Positions 43,137 to 57,628 of a stretch of 64,000 nucleotides of DNA are shown here, in pieces. Source of the stretch: Octopus vulgaris (lineage: Eukaryota). Position 1 is the first letter of the stretch; each line of letters opens with the position of its first letter. The translations under genes and the position numbers were made by a program. The DNA is taken from contig OX597830.1 of assembly GCA_951406725.2 (NCBI GenBank), forward strand, positions 31,620,001-31,684,000, in the 5' to 3' direction. The notes beneath the pieces were generated by a model. The model made no database searches and had not been told where the DNA came from. It saw only the letters and a list, made by a program, of their open reading frames with translations.

Positions 43137-43197
43137 AATGTGCTCTCTTAAGATTTAGGACTGAAAATATGCAGTGCCATTGCCGTTTCCAAAGACG
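43137..43197 (+). other. Candidate exon, 61 nt, plus strand
   Basis: Strong acceptor ccctttttctttgttgcag| and donor acg|gtaaga; one frame open ([19 protein letters not shown]). Confidence 0.3.
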
Positions 43198-43372
43198 GTA
43201 AGACAGAGAGGTGCTTGGCTAATGAAGGGGAGGTTTGCTTACAACATATATCTGCAGGCTGACGACTACACAGAATCTCTTGCCTGGTTGCTTTAATAAT
43301 GTATGTATACATATGTGTATGTGTGTGAGTGTATATTGTATATGTGTATGTATGTGTATATATATATATAGC

Positions 43373-43451
<79 letters not shown>

Positions 43452-43572
43452 TCTGTGTGTGTATATGTATATAAATATATACATTTGTAAACATTTATAT
43501 GCATGTGTATATATACAAATATTATGTGTATGAATATGTATATATATATTTATACACACACATACACACTTA

Positions 43573-43606
<34 letters not shown>

Positions 43607-44003
43607 AAGAGAGAGTGAGAGTGAAGGTGAGATATAGATGTATATATGTATGTATATGTATTTATGCATATGTTTCTTACTCATTCTGTCAGTCATCCAT
43701 GTGTGTATTTATCTATGTATCTATATATGTATGCATGTATGTGTGTATGTATGTATGTATATATGTATGTATGTACCTATCTATCTACCTATTTATCTAT
43801 CTACCAAACTGTCTATCTAATTAACAAACTAACAATCTATGCATGTATCTGTCTATATACACATGTATATATAAAAATAGCCCTTAATATGTTTATGTAT
43901 ATATATATTTAAAAATACATGTGTTCTTGTATCTTTCTATCCATGTACCTATATGCATATCTACATTAAAGAGAATTAATCCATATGTACATATATACAT
44001 ACA

Positions 44004-44066
<63 letters not shown>

Positions 44067-44888
44067 ATTAAAAAATGTATGTATATGTGTACTAGTGTGT
44101 GTGTGTCTATTCATTATTCTTTTACTGGTTCAATTCATTACGCAGTGGTCATAATGATCAGCACCATCTTGTATCTGGGCATCAGCATCGATCTTACATC
44201 TTATTTTAACATGCACAGAAAAACGAGCCTTAAAAATTCTCATGCACACAAACACACACATACATATAAATACACACACACACACACACCTATGTACATA
44301 AATACAAGCAGGCCATAGAATTGTATTATATATTTTCTTTTTAATGTATATATGTTAATTAGTGTTAATTTCACTCAAAATTAAATTTGGCAAAAATAAA
44401 AATTTAAAAAAAAAAATCAGAAAAGGAAAAACAAAAAAAAAAAAAAAAATGCAAACCAACAAAATATAAAACTGTGAATTAATAAAAGAAAAAAGCAAAA
44501 AAATATAACAAAAAATGACAAAACAAACTACACACATACACTCACACACACAGGCACACGCACATACACAAACACATACACAAGCACATACACACACGAA
44601 AGTAAAATGTTAATGAAGGTACTCCTAGACTCCGCAATCTATCCATTTGGCAGCACCAGGCGGAATGCGTTTTGACATTTATAAAAAAAGCAAAAACAAA
44701 TTATTTTTACCCAGTAAGTCGGCTGCATATATTCCATATTTGGCAGATTTCACAGTGATACGTCTCATCTTGGTGGAATTAAGCTGTTTCTATTGATGCA
44801 GAACCAGTCTCACAGATGCAAAGAAATCACAAAAGGACCATATGCCTTATGTTTTTATACATCCTCTCTTCTGTGAATAACTTGCTAA

Positions 44889-44962
<74 letters not shown>

Positions 44963-45004
44963 CTCTGTCAATCTATCTATCTATCTATCAGTCTGTCTAC
45001 CTAC

Positions 45005-45035
<31 letters not shown>

Positions 45036-45157
45036 TGTATGCATGTATCTCTCTATCTATCTATCTGTCTATCTATCGATCTATTTGTCTATCTAGCTGG
45101 CTATCAATCTGTCTATTTACCTATCTACCTGTCTATCTCTCTCTCTCTCTCAATTTT

Positions 45158-45192
<35 letters not shown>

Positions 45193-45343
45193 ATCTATCC
45201 ATCTGTTTCTCTATCTACATATTTAGGTATCTATCTATCTTCCAGTTAGTTATTTACATAGCTTTACATCCCTCCTTTCCTGTATACATACGCATGCATG
45301 TATGTATATACAAATAAGTACATATGTAACACATATGTGTGTG

Positions 45344-45376
<33 letters not shown>

Positions 45377-45926
45377 GTATGTATATATATGTATATATGT
45401 ATGCTTCTCTTCATATGTGCCTACCTGTTTGCAAGCATACCTATTCAGCACTCACCACTCACCCTCTGTCTCTCCTTACTCTCTCTCTCATCTCTCATTT
45501 TAAAAATATAAATATACATACATATTTATATTTATATTTGTATATGAAACACACACTCACACACACATACAAGCACACACACGCACATACACACAACATA
45601 CACATACAGACATACACACACATATGTTCAATTAAATATGCATGCATATCAAAGAAATTGATGAGAGCTCGGCAGAATGGTCAAGGAACCTCATAGAAAT
45701 AACATCCAGATCTTATTCAAATTATAGCTTAACATCATGAACTGAGCATGGACACATGTTTAATGGAGTTCTATAAGTGCAGTTTCTGCAAAAAAAAAAG
45801 ATGAGATGGTCATACTTGGAATGTCTTTGATCATAGATCTTCATGTTCTGAATTAATCTGGGGCTATTGAGTAACCTCCAGATTATCCAGAGTAATCAGA
45901 CAAACAATGTAATGACACTGATTAAC

Positions 45927-46045
<119 letters not shown>

Positions 46046-46353
46046 CCTCTGTCTGTCCATCCATCTGTCTCTCTGTCTATTCATCTATGTATCTATTTAT
46101 CTATCAGTTACTCTCTATATATGTGTGTGTATACATACATACAAATATATATACACACACACACACATGCATATACACACACACACGTACATTCATAAAC
46201 AATACACACACACATATAGTGAGAGAGAGAGAGAGTGAAACATAAAGCTAGCAGGATAGATTGACAGCTACATATATAGATATACAGATATCAATATACA
46301 CATACACAAGCACATACACAAACATATATATGAATATATGCATATACATACAT

Positions 46354-46404
<51 letters not shown>

Positions 46405-46648
46405 TACAGATATTCAGATATATGTACATATATGTACATATGTGAATATATATATATATATATATATGTGTGTATATATATTTATGTATATGTATGTATA
46501 TATGTATGTGCATCTGTATGTGTATACGTATTCAAGTATGGAAATGAGAATGCAATGCATTTAAGTGTGTGCAAAACATGTGTATGCATACATGCGTCAC
46601 TATCTATATATGTAATAATTACATACAAACTGACATAAGCAAACTCAC

Positions 46649-46663
46649 TTTGGCATTGCTAAG
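46649..46663 (-). other. Candidate 15-nt microexon (cttagcaatgccaaa; LSNAK in phase 0)
   Basis: Acceptor tcttcatattcttccattggcatcag|, donor aaa|gtgagt; multiple of 3. Confidence 0.3.
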
Positions 46664-46891
46664 CTGATGCCAATGGAAGAATATGAAGACGGTAGAATTA
46701 AAGGAATATTTAATATTACTAGATATGTAACATCCAGTGCATTACAAGGGATTCACTATAAGGAATTCAGGGGCTTTTTTTTCAAACAATTTTGGATACC
46801 TGTTCTTACAAGCATGCACATATGTAGACGTATTAACAGACTCATAAGCACATATACACACAAATGCATATATATATGTGTGTGTATACAT

Positions 46892-46922
<31 letters not shown>

Positions 46923-46936
46923 CATATATGTATATA

Positions 46937-46980
<44 letters not shown>

Positions 46981-47130
46981 CATATATATATATAAATATA
47001 TCGATAGATAGACAGATAGACAGATAGATAGATATACATACATATATATAACATCCATGTTCCATGCTTAGATGCATTTATGTGTATACAAACACACACA
47101 TACATACACACATATATGTATATCTATAGA

Positions 47131-47173
<43 letters not shown>

Positions 47174-47281
47174 TCATCATCTTCATCGTTTAACATCCAC
47201 CTTCTATGTGAGTGTTTATATATATATAAATAAATGTATATATATATATATATAAATATATACATATGCATATAAACATTC

Positions 47282-47316
<35 letters not shown>

Positions 47317-47360
47317 AGTGTATACATATATTTACGTATATGCATAATTGCCTTTATATA

Positions 47361-47408
<48 letters not shown>

Positions 47409-47848
47409 TGTGTATGTGTGCATGAATATGTAAATGCTTGTGTGTATGAATATATGTACACATACTGATGTGGTGTCGAGAAAAAAATTATGTATGTCTT
47501 CGTTTACTGATATCAATGATTTAGCTACAGACATGCTGATGCAAGGCAATCGACTGGTTTTTAGTACAGCATATAAGCCACAGTACCTGATTCCGTCTGG
47601 TACACACATAGATATATATAATATTATTGATCTGCATTCATTGATTGTCTGAAATACCTTTTTGGTACGAGGGGACGCAACTCGGTGCAACGGCGGATAC
47701 CGGTACATTCGAAGATGGGTGCATACACACACAAACACACACACATGTAGATTTAAAGATATACATGTAATAGAAACTGCAAAATTTATGTCTAATAAAT
47801 TGCAATCCAGAAACAGTTATGATTCTAAGCATATATAGCAGGAACATA

Positions 47849-47974
<126 letters not shown>

Positions 47975-48254
47975 ATATATATATGTGTGTGTGTGTGAAT
48001 TGATGTATAAATGAATATACATCAATGTTCTTGTGAGGCTGTATAGGATTGTTTTTGTGTATATTACATATAAGTATATTGCAATGTATATAAGGCTAGG
48101 TAAATGTATACATAAGTGTACAAAATGATTATGAAAAGTGTATACATATATATATCTCTGCTATATATGTATACACATAGTACTATATATATATATATGT
48201 ATATGTATATATGTGTGTGTGTGTGTGTATATGTATATATATATATATGTATAA

Positions 48255-48320
<66 letters not shown>

Positions 48321-48681
48321 GTACATACATATGTACATACATATCTTTACAAATATGATATATGAGCTTGTGTTAGTTTATGTGAATATATAGATATATA
48401 CAGACATAGGTTTCAACTCACTTTCTCATTTTATATATATATATATATACACACATTTACGCACATACATACATATGCATGAGTAAAAATGTGCATATAT
48501 ATCATTGTGTGTACAAAAATGTGTATGTAATTGTATTAGAGTAACATAACAACATGCTTCAGTTTGTATAATGAACACAGGAACTAGGAAAAGAAAATAA
48601 CATACATATATACACACATACATAGACATATATACACATACATTTATATATACTCACACACATATATATGTACATACATAC

Positions 48682-48715
<34 letters not shown>

Positions 48716-48993
48716 ATGATAATAATAGTGATGGAAAGGAAGGGGGGAACAAAGGAGACGGGCTAGGCTATGGGCTAATCTAGTGGAATGACATCACATG
48801 GAAGAATTTGCAGTCTGTCTTTGACTCCTTGTGTGTATGTGTGGGTATAGAGAGAGGAATATAGACAAAGATAAATTCCTGCCACAAATAAAGATAGTTT
48901 CAGGAACCAGGGATAACTGTTATTTTGAGCCGGCAGTAGTAGTAGTAGTAGTAGTAGTAGTTGTAGCAGTAGTAGTAGTGATGGTGGTGGTAT

Positions 48994-49040
<47 letters not shown>

Positions 49041-49313
49041 ATTGTAGTGGTGGTTGTGGTAGCAGTAGAAGTCTTGCTGGTGGTGGGAGTGATGTTGGTA
49101 GTGGTGGTGGTGGTGGTGGTGGTGGTGGTGGTAGTTTTAGGAGTAGCAATAGTAGTGGTAGTAGTTGTGAGTTTGAGGATTGCATTATACGGGAAATATT
49201 GGTGATGCACATGTAGATTTGTATATATAGAGAGATTTAGGCATGCCCTGCACATCTGTATATATATATCTACAAACACACACATATATGCAATATGCGT
49301 GTATATATAGTAT

Positions 49314-49478
<165 letters not shown>

Positions 49479-49480
49479 TA

Positions 49481-49873
49481 CTCTTTTTTTACACTTTTAC
49501 TTGTTTCAGTCATTTAACTGTGGCCATGCCTTTTGTCGACCAAATGGATCCCAGGACATATTCTTTGGAAGCATAGTACTTACTCAATTGGTGTCTTTTG
49601 CTGAACTGCCAAGTTACGGGGACGTAAACACACCACCATTGGTTGTCAAGTGATGTTGAGGGGACAAACACAGACACACAAACATATACACACACATGCA
49701 TATATATATACATATACGCTATGGGCTTCTTTCAGTTTCCGTCTACCAAATCCACTACTATAGCCCGAGGCTATAGTAGAAGACACTTGCCCAAGGTGCC
49801 ATGCAGTGGGAATGAACTTGGAACCATGTGGTTGGTAAGCAAGCTACATACCACACAGCCACTCCTGCGCCTA
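49481..49873 (-). mobile_element. SINE family A, full length with small internal deletions
   Basis: Reverse-complement match. Confidence 0.92.
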
Positions 49874-50117
49874 TACATATATATAATACAGACACACATA
49901 TATATATGCATACACACACACACAGTTACACATAAAAGCATATCTGTCTAGCCACTATCTTATCTAGTTATTACTGTCCCTCATCTTCCACACACACACG
50001 CTCTTTCTCTCTCTCTCTCTCTCTGCATATACACATACACACACATATACACACACATACACACACTCATACACACACACATACATAAACACATACTTAT
50101 ATATAAATATATACAAG

Positions 50118-50216
<99 letters not shown>

Positions 50217-50551
50217 AGACACACAGACTTACATATTTACATTTATATATAATTACTCATACTCACACGAACATGTGTGTATATACACACATGTGTATAC
50301 ACATATATACACACACATGTGTACGTATAAATATATACAGATATATATGTGTATATATATTTATATGCACACATTCATGCACATACATATATACATATTC
50401 TTATGTATCTATGTATCATATATACACAAACACACACACATGCACACTCACATAAATATACATGTATATATACATACATACATACCTACATACCTACATA
50501 TATATATATGTATATATATATATATGTATATATATATACATATATATATAC

Positions 50552-50648
<97 letters not shown>

Positions 50649-50771
50649 TATATACACATACATATATATATATATATATATACACACACATATATATATA
50701 TATGCATACATATATATATATACAAATGAATATACATATATACATGTAACATATTTGTATATATTACATAT

Positions 50772-50900
50772 CTATCTAGGGTGGGGGACATTTGCGAGAT
50801 CCATGGACAAGCTCTCCCTCCACCAGCTCTTGTCTCCCAACCTTGCTGCCATTTCCTGTGTCTCCCAGAGACCAGTGTTTATCCTTAGGGCTTCAACACA
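50772..50900 (-). mobile_element. 3' terminal fragment of an RTE-like LINE ORF
   Basis: [30 protein letters not shown]...* resembles the L..DTGL...E....M.DR..WR C-terminus of RTE-clade ORFs (recalled motif). Confidence 0.6.
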
Positions 50901-51255
50901 ATACATATATATGTATTTATATCTATATATGTGTGTATCTATGTTTATATATATACACAAATACATACATACATCTACATGCATGTATATATATATATAT
51001 ATACAAGTGTTTGTGTTGTGTTTGTAATTTGTGTCACAAGAGTAAAGGAGATGAAAAATTACTCTATACAGAAAAAGAATGTGTATATTTATTTATATGC
51101 ACACACAGAGAGAAGCTTATATGTATATGTACGTGTGTGTGTGTGTGTGTGTCTGTATGTATGTATATGTATGTGTATATAATCATAAAAATATTAGAGA
51201 TATAAAAGTGTATCTATGTATACTGATACTTCTTGTTAAATATACACACACAACA

Positions 51256-51401
<146 letters not shown>

Positions 51402-52140
51402 AGAAAGAAAGAGTATGTGGTTATATGCAGGTGTCTATATGAGTATATGTGTGTGTGTATGCATGCTTGTATGTATGAATGTATGGACGCATATGCATGT
51501 CTGTATGTATACATGTACCTGCAATATATGAACAGTTAACTTCTTGCATACTGTATAGATATACATGAACATTATGCATAGAAAAAATCGTAACTTTATG
51601 TGGTTGTTTGTTTGACTCACTAGAAATAGTAACTAAATATCTGGTAATCAACACCCAATAAATTATAATGACAATCTAATTAGATAAAGTATTAAGACAG
51701 GGAAAAAAAAACTGAATGTGTTAGACATTGATAAACTGACTTTGATAATAACTCTGCTTCATGAGAGCCAACCAAGGGTTAAACAGTAATATTGATATAG
51801 ATATGACAAACCGGTGCGGTCATTTGGCCTGCTAGAAATAATAATGCAGCACCCCTCATATTTCACACTATTGTTTTAGATGAATGAAGGACATAATAGA
51901 TGCATAGATTAAGGTTTATAATCGTAGGAAAAAAAAAAAAAGAATTAAAAACGTAAATCACAGTGGATGATCATGTTTGGAATGCTTTTGATCAACAAAA
52001 CTATTCAAAAAACATTGACTGAATGAAAAAAAAGTAGGAAATATGAATGGATTGCTATTGCGAAATATTTCACTCAGTGAACTTGTAAAGAGATATTTTC
52101 CTAAATATACCTACCTGCACACACACACACAGACACTGAC

Positions 52141-52197
<57 letters not shown>

Positions 52198-52252
52198 CAC
52201 ATATATATATATATATATATATGTATAGATGCATAGATGCATACACACATAG

Positions 52253-52316
<64 letters not shown>

Positions 52317-52435
52317 GATGATGATGATGATGATGATGAAATAAATATGTGTATGTATATATATATATATATATACATACACACACACACATATATATAT
52401 GTATATAGATAGATAGATAGATAGATAGATAGATT

Positions 52436-52491
<56 letters not shown>

Positions 52492-52519
52492 TGATATGTA
52501 TGTATATATGTGTAGCTTA

Positions 52520-52665
52520 TGCAAGCATGGATGTGTGATTAAGAAGTTTGTTGCTAAACCCCATGGTTTCATGTAGAGTGCCCCTGCTCTGCAATTTGGA
52601 AAAGTGTTTTCTTTTACAGCCTTGGTCAGACCAATGCTATGTGAGGGAATTCAGAAGACAGAAAC
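52520..52665 (+). mobile_element. SINE family A, degenerate head
   Basis: gcaagcatggatgtgtgattaagaagtttg...cagccttggtcagaccaatgc. Confidence 0.65.
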
Positions 52666-52959
52666 ACCATTCACTCCCCCCCTCTCTCTCTCTCTCCCTC
52701 TCTCTCTCCCTCTCTTTCTATCTATCTGTCTATATATATATATATATATAAATATAAATGTTTATACATATACGTGTGTTCACAGACATACATATATATA
52801 TGTATATATATAGTATATACATAGGTAATATATACGTATACATACACTCACACGTATATACCCGTAAATACATACAAGTGTATATATGCTACTACTTTTT
52901 TATGTCAAGTACTAATAAAAATTACATTACAATAAACTGAAAGATTACTCAATACATTT

Positions 52960-53100
52960 TTGCAGTTCTTATTTTTATGAAGAATAGTCGATAGTGACTT
53001 CGAAGTTTTGGCCAGACACCCTTTATCACATTGTCTGATGAAGACTAAGCAGGCTGAAACTCTAAAGTCATCGTCAACATTATTCTTATTAATGAATAAC
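52960..53100. ncRNA. Minimal type I hammerhead-ribozyme-like motif (about 53030-53074, +) within an imperfect palindrome; probably Penelope-derived
   Basis: CTGATGA 53035-53041, stem II agac-taagca-ggct (one mismatch), GAAAC 53056-53060, short stem III, GTC triplet 53067-53069; stem I is weak. Confidence 0.55.
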
Positions 53101-53102
53101 AA

Positions 53103-53192
<90 letters not shown>

Positions 53193-53420
53193 GTACATAT
53201 TTTGCTTTTATGTCTGTGTCTATATGATTTACATAACAATGTGTTGTGCGATGATAGCCAAAATGTCACCACTGAAAATTTATAAAGTAGAGGCTAATGA
53301 AATATTTAACCAGAACCAAATAAATTGTGGGATTTCTATGAATAATTAAAAAAAACACACAAATATAATACACTTGCATTGGTTAGAGCAGTGAATGAAG
53401 CCTACATGTTTGTAAATGTA

Positions 53421-53598
53421 CGAGGGGGTACTGAAAAAAACCCCTGGTTTTTTAGGTTGTTGTGAAAGGCCTGGTTAGCGGACCAACCTTTTGAGTTCTT
53501 TTACAGGGTTTAAAAAAAACTGTTGGATAAGATCTTAATTAACTGATCCTCCTGTATTTTCTTTTACCCAAAGCCAGGAACTTTTCAGCAACCTCTTG
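53421..53598. mobile_element. Mariner-type MITE
   Basis: TA|cgagggggtactgaaaa...cctgg and ccaggaacttttcagcaacctcttg|TA. Confidence 0.82.
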
Positions 53599-53688
53599 TA
53601 CATAATTTTATATACCAGTGATAATTAATTCCTGGCTGTAGTGGGTTACATCCATCCATCCAACCATACATACATACATTCATATGTA

Positions 53689-53908
53689 TGGCAGAAACGT
53701 TAGCACGCCGAGCGAAATGCGTAGCCGTATTTCGTCTGCTGTTACGTTCTGAGTTCAAATTCCGCCGAGGTCAACTTTGCCTTTCATCCTTTCTGGGTCG
53801 ATAAATAAAGTACCAGTTTCGCACTGGGGTCTATGTAATCGACTTAATCCCTTTGTCTGTCCTTGTTTGTCCCCTCTATGTTTAGCCCCTTGTGGGTAGT
53901 AAAGAAAT
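53689..53908 (+). mobile_element. SINE family B, slightly 5'-truncated
   Basis: Colinear with 14942-15162. Confidence 0.9.
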
Positions 53909-54809
53909 ATATATATGTTTGTATATATATATGCATATATATATGTATGTATGTATGCATACACACACATTCACACACATGCACATACACACGCACACTC
54001 ACATATATACATGCACACATTTTCACATATATATATGTGTGTATGTATTTAAGTATGTATAAATATGTATGTACATATGTCTGAGACACTGGTTATGTTT
54101 GCATTCCTTGTGGACAGATACCGGCCAGTAGCTCTATACCAGCAAAGGCCTGTAGAATAGAAAAACAAAATGTATAAATGCATTCCATGCAGAACAGGTT
54201 TACAACAGGAAGATGATGAACTGGTTCTTTCAACCTGCCTTTAACTAGATTCAATGCAACCACTGCTAGCAAGAAGAAATGGTAAAGCTAAAGATAAAGA
54301 TAAAGATAAAGATAAAGCTATCTTCCTGAGTTGTACCAACTCATAAAGGCTGGCTCCCCAGTCTCCATGGCATATATATTTGCCAGCCACGACAGGATGC
54401 TGGTCCCATCACAGAATTACACATTTTTGCCAGCCGCATGGATTGGAGCAACATGAAATGAGGGGTTTTGCTCAAGAACACAATGCATCACCTGGTCTAA
54501 GAATAAAAAAACGCTTCCTCACGATCATGAGTCCAACAACCAAATAACTAAGCCACACACCTTCACAAGGATAAATGGACATAAACCAACAAACAAATGA
54601 ATCAACATATCTCACTATACAGCAATATATATAAATATATATATATTATGATAATAATTTGAGGGAATATTATTCCTAACTTACAGGAATAATATTCTAT
54701 AATATGTAATTTTCTAGATGGTGTAATTTAGTTGTTCATTTTGAATTGATAAAAGGTGGCTTTTTTCTAAATTTTATATATATAAATATGTATATATTTG
54801 TATGTATAT

Positions 54810-54985
54810 TGCCATGATCGACCACTACCACTAAAGCTTTTTTATTCTCTCTGTCTATTTTCTTGTGTTCCTTTCTGTTGAAGAGCGTAGGCTCAAAACA
54901 TAAAAGACTTGCTCACCTTCCCGAGCACCTGTTTGTTGTTTCCACACCTGTCTTCATCTTTTGTTTTTTTGTAAATTCCAACTAT
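54810..54985 (+). mobile_element. Penelope-like terminal remnant
   Basis: ctgttgaagagcgtaggctcaaaacataaaagactt...cacctgtcttcatcttttg, homologous to 7685-7880. Confidence 0.6.
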
Positions 54986-55027
54986 ATATATATATGTATA
55001 TCCATACACAAACACACACACACATAT

Positions 55028-55168
55028 AGGCATCTGTAAGTTTCTGTCTACCAAATGTCTGATGCTATAGAAGAAGACACTTGCCCAAGGTTCTACGCAG
55101 TGGGACTGAACCCAGAACCATGTGGTTTGGAAGCAAACTTTTTACAACATAGCCATGTGTGTGCCTAC
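55028..55168 (-). mobile_element. SINE family A, 5' half
   Basis: gctatagaagaagacacttgcccaagg...gcagtgggactgaacccagaaccatgtgg. Confidence 0.85.
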
Positions 55169-55197
55169 CCAATATCTATATGTAAATACACACACAT

Positions 55198-55244
<47 letters not shown>

Positions 55245-55377
55245 TGTATGTATAAATAAATATTTACAAGTATATACATATAAACACACATATATATATA
55301 TAAGTATATATATATATACATGTATACCTTTGAATGTATGCATGTGCCTATATTTTTGTGAGCATGTGTTGTGTGTG

Positions 55378-55441
<64 letters not shown>

Positions 55442-56464
55442 GTTTGAAGAGTGAAAAATACACTTCTATAACTCCCGAGCAAACAGGCCACTGGGCAAGT
55501 CTTTATAACCCACTGCACTCAGCATTCTTTGTATTGAGTAACGCACTACACGGTTACTTAATATTATTTAATAACACACATACATACATACATCCTTCCA
55601 TCCATTCATCCATCCATCCATCCATCCATACATACATACAGACAGACAGATAGATAGATAGATAAATAAATGTATGCATGCATATATGTATGTGTGTTTG
55701 TAAGTACAAACATACACATCTACATATACTTGCAAACATATATAAAGAGATAAGCACACAAGGCAAACAAATATACATGTATGCATGTATTGCTACATAT
55801 ACATACACACACAAACGTGCACAAATATATATATATATATAAAGGTAAAAATAGATAGATAGGTAGATAGATAGATTGATAAGATTCTGGATACAATATA
55901 CATACATAAATATTTTCACTATATAAGATTATATATTTCAATGTTACATACATACATATCTACATATAAATATAGATATATTTGTAAATATGCATACTAT
56001 TATATAGATATCTTTGTATATATATATGCATATATATGTATGTGTATACATATATATTTACATATATACGTGTGTGTATATATATATGTGTATATGTGTA
56101 TGTACATATATAGATAAATAGATAGATAGACTGATAGATCAATTGCTAGGTAGATTGATAGATAGATAAACAGATTGACAGATAGATAGATAGATAGATA
56201 GATGGAAATACTGAGATGTATACACACGTATACATACATATACATACATACATAAGCATTTGTGTGTTTATATGAGCACACACCCATAAATATGCACGCA
56301 GTGATCATCATCATTGTTGGCGCCATGCTCTTTTTTTTTTTTTTCCATTCTAAGATTCTGAGACTGAAGGAAACCAGACGCAGCTTACTTCTGCATAAAT
56401 CCCTGTACTCCCTCAACGAGCTTAGGAAGAATTGCACATCGACATAGACATGCATACAAACCTA

Positions 56465-56495
<31 letters not shown>

Positions 56496-57130
56496 ATATA
56501 TATATATATCTATATATATATATATAGACATATATATATAGAGACATATATATATAGACATATGTATATATATATATATTATATATATATTATATGTATA
56601 TATTTATATATTTTAATGCATAGACACAAACATGCACACTCACATATATATATATATATACATACATACATGCATTCAGTGACACCTATATTTCAATTCA
56701 TTGGCAGGAATACCTTCCCTCTTCTTTACTCCCTCTGAGTCTGTATATGTGTATGTATATGCATGATGCATGTATCTATATATATATATGTATGTGTACT
56801 TGTACGTGTACATTTAAGTATTCATCTATATACAGGCAGTTACAGTGATAAAAAAAAAATGGGCCTGTGTGTCTATCAGTGTACGCATATATTTATATAT
56901 ATATATATATAGATAGATAGATATGCATGCAAGCTCATGTGTATCTGTATACATGCATACAAAATTCAAATGTATATATTTTTGCATACACAAGCACATG
57001 TATACCTCTTAAGTTTTGCAGTTCCTCTAACAAACACATACTATTATATCACTCATACACACACACACAAATATATACATACATACACATACACCCACAC
57101 ACATACGCATGTATATATATACACATCCAT

Positions 57131-57173
<43 letters not shown>

Positions 57174-57210
57174 TACATATATACACATAAATACAGACAT
57201 ACGTACATAC

Positions 57211-57262
<52 letters not shown>

Positions 57263-57584
57263 ATATATATTCTTCTATAGCTATATCACAGATACATACA
57301 CATGCTCACACAGACAGACATATATATATATATACATTCTTATATAGCTACATCAGAAATACACACAGACAGACATACACACACAGACACACATATACAC
57401 ACACACATATATATTCCCCACTGCAGACGCACATCTTAATATATATTGGACATTCCCAGCAGCCCTCTGTGCTGTAGTTTTTATCGAAGCATGCATAATT
57501 TAAAGTGCAGTCCCTTTCTGTATACATAGATTATGTGGATTGAAGAGATGGATAGATGCAATTAGTATATTGTGCTGGTTTAAG

Positions 57585-57588
57585 ACAG

Positions 57589-57628
<40 letters not shown>

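Noticed and set aside
54100-54170. Exon after strong minus-strand acceptor ttgtttttctattctacag
   Set aside because: Only weak donors (gtatag, gtatct) follow; boundaries cannot be set.
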